Source: Mustelus asterias (taxonomy: Eukaryota). Taken from it: a stretch of 64,000 nucleotides of DNA. Position 1 is the stretch's first letter; every line of letters starts with the position of its first letter. The stretch lies in assembly GCF_964213995.1 (NCBI RefSeq), contig NC_135815.1:33356001-33420000 (forward strand). Direction: 5' to 3'. This document shows positions 62,534 through 64,000 of this stretch, piece after piece. The translations under genes were made by a program, and so were the position numbers. Under the pieces are notes generated by a model that worked only from the letters and a program-made list of their open reading frames with translations, did not search any database and had not been told where the DNA came from.

Positions 62534-63409
62534 GTAAAATTCCCAGCTGGGTTTGAATTACAATTTTGCGCTGGAAGGTTTGCAAATTTATTTTCATTAA
62601 CCCTCAGTTGCTCATTTATTCTACAGGTGCGTTAGGGAGTTGTGTTCTAGTAGTGTGAAACTATCTGCCCATTACAAGGATAATTACAGTAATTATATGT
62701 TGCATATGCATTTAGCCAAAAATGAATGTGATTGCGTTCAGTAACTTGGACCTTTCAGTCAACATTGCAAACTATGTACATATAACAGGGACAAGAAGTT
62801 TCCACCATTTGATAGAATTCTAAATTTCAGATTGTGGAATGCAGCCCTTTTTAATCAACTTCTGCATGGTCCGGTGGGGAGACATTGCTCAAGTTCCTGC
62901 CTAACCTCCCGCCCCTCCTGTGCTGGCTTGAGTTGTTTTCTGTGATTGGGTGATGTAGTGGGCCTTCTCCCCAGTGGCTGCTGCTCCTATGTGAAGCCTG
63001 TAGATGACTTTGCTCAATCCGAGGCCTTGTTACTGATGGACCGTCTCAGCTCCAGTGACAGCCTGCCACTCAGCTTCAGTCTCTGACCCCGAGAGGGAAG
63101 GAGCAAGATTCCAGATGGCCGAGGCTCAGCCACAAACTGCCCTCGACAGCAATGGTCGCTTTGTGCTGCCTTTGGCTTGGCCTGCTCTGGACCCTGATGT
63201 TCCCCAAGCACCCAGTGTTGGAAGAGGCAGCACTGACCCGCTGGGTTTTCGTCCCCGGACCCTGGGCTCCTGTCACCCAGGAAGGTGGCTCACGCTTTGC
63301 TGGTAATGAGATCTAAGTGTCACTGGCCAAGGGGGAGTTGCAGGTACTCACTGATAGGAGCAGATGCAACAACAGGGTGCTGAGTCTGAGTACGGTCGAG
63401 AAATCTATG

Positions 63410-63590
63410 TGGGGGCGGGTAGAGAAGTGGATGAGCTGAGTAGGGAGGATCGGGCATGTCGGGGGCTGAGTGGTGAGGGGAAGGCATTTCGGGGGCTGAG
63501 TGGGGAGGGGGGTGTATTGGGGGCGAAGTGAGGAAGAGGGGGCATGTCGGGGGTTGAGTGGTTGGCTGAATGGGGAAGGAGGGTATGACG
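63410..63590. repeat. G-rich low-complexity tandem repeat
   Basis: Three imperfect copies of GGCATGTCGGGGGCTGAGTGG plus G runs. Confidence 0.7.
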
Positions 63591-64000
63591 GGAACCTGAT
63601 AATTTGTGGATAGGGAGAGAAGGGCTTAACTGAATATTCTGTTGCCATGGAATATGGAGAGCTTGACTAAAAGTTACATGGGCACATAAAATTTTTACGA
63701 GTAGTTTAAAACACAGATTTTCATAATTATTTGATCTATGTTGATTTATCATACACAGTAATTGGTTAGTGTGTGTTACAATGCTGTGCTACTGCTGTTG
63801 TGTTTTTGCTGGCCTCTGGGATCAGTTTTTATACATTTGTTCATGAGATGTCGGTGTCAGTGGCAAGGCCAGCCCTGTTGTCCTTCTCTGATCGTGTTTG
63901 AGAAGGTGGTGGTGAGTTAAAATGGGGTCAATTTGGAAAATAGTTGGAAAGCACTGCCTTAGCCTATGCTTCACAGGTATGTCATCCAGCAAGGTCATGT

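Noticed and set aside
62534-62635. Last 33 codons of the 495-aa ORF as part of the main protein
   Set aside because: Composition changes abruptly after a consensus donor; treated as intron read-through and kept only as a speculative isoform.

Overview
Vertebrate genomic DNA, almost certainly from a cartilaginous fish (shark), judged from its HE1-type V-SINEs, CR1/HER1-type LINEs and Deu-domain SINEs. The only host coding sequence is the large first coding exon of TRERF1 (transcriptional regulating factor 1), at 61148-62533 on the + strand. The preceding ~60 kb is best read as the long introns of its 5' UTR, containing several candidate non-coding exons. These introns hold V-SINEs with two different 3' tails, an ~8 kb nested CR1 cluster, Penelope-like, Gypsy, Tx1, Rex1 and L2 remnants, a solo LTR and MITE-like elements. 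The most notable unexplained structure is a set of Penelope-associated minimal hammerhead-ribozyme motifs lying in sense orientation within the intron. One sits in a 108-bp unit bounded by a perfect 15-bp target-site duplication and carries a compensatory U3:A8 core variant. Local inverted duplications and a SINE inserted inside a SINE in the opposite orientation are also present. Most repeat boundaries were placed by eye and are approximate; family names come from recalled consensus features, not database searches.
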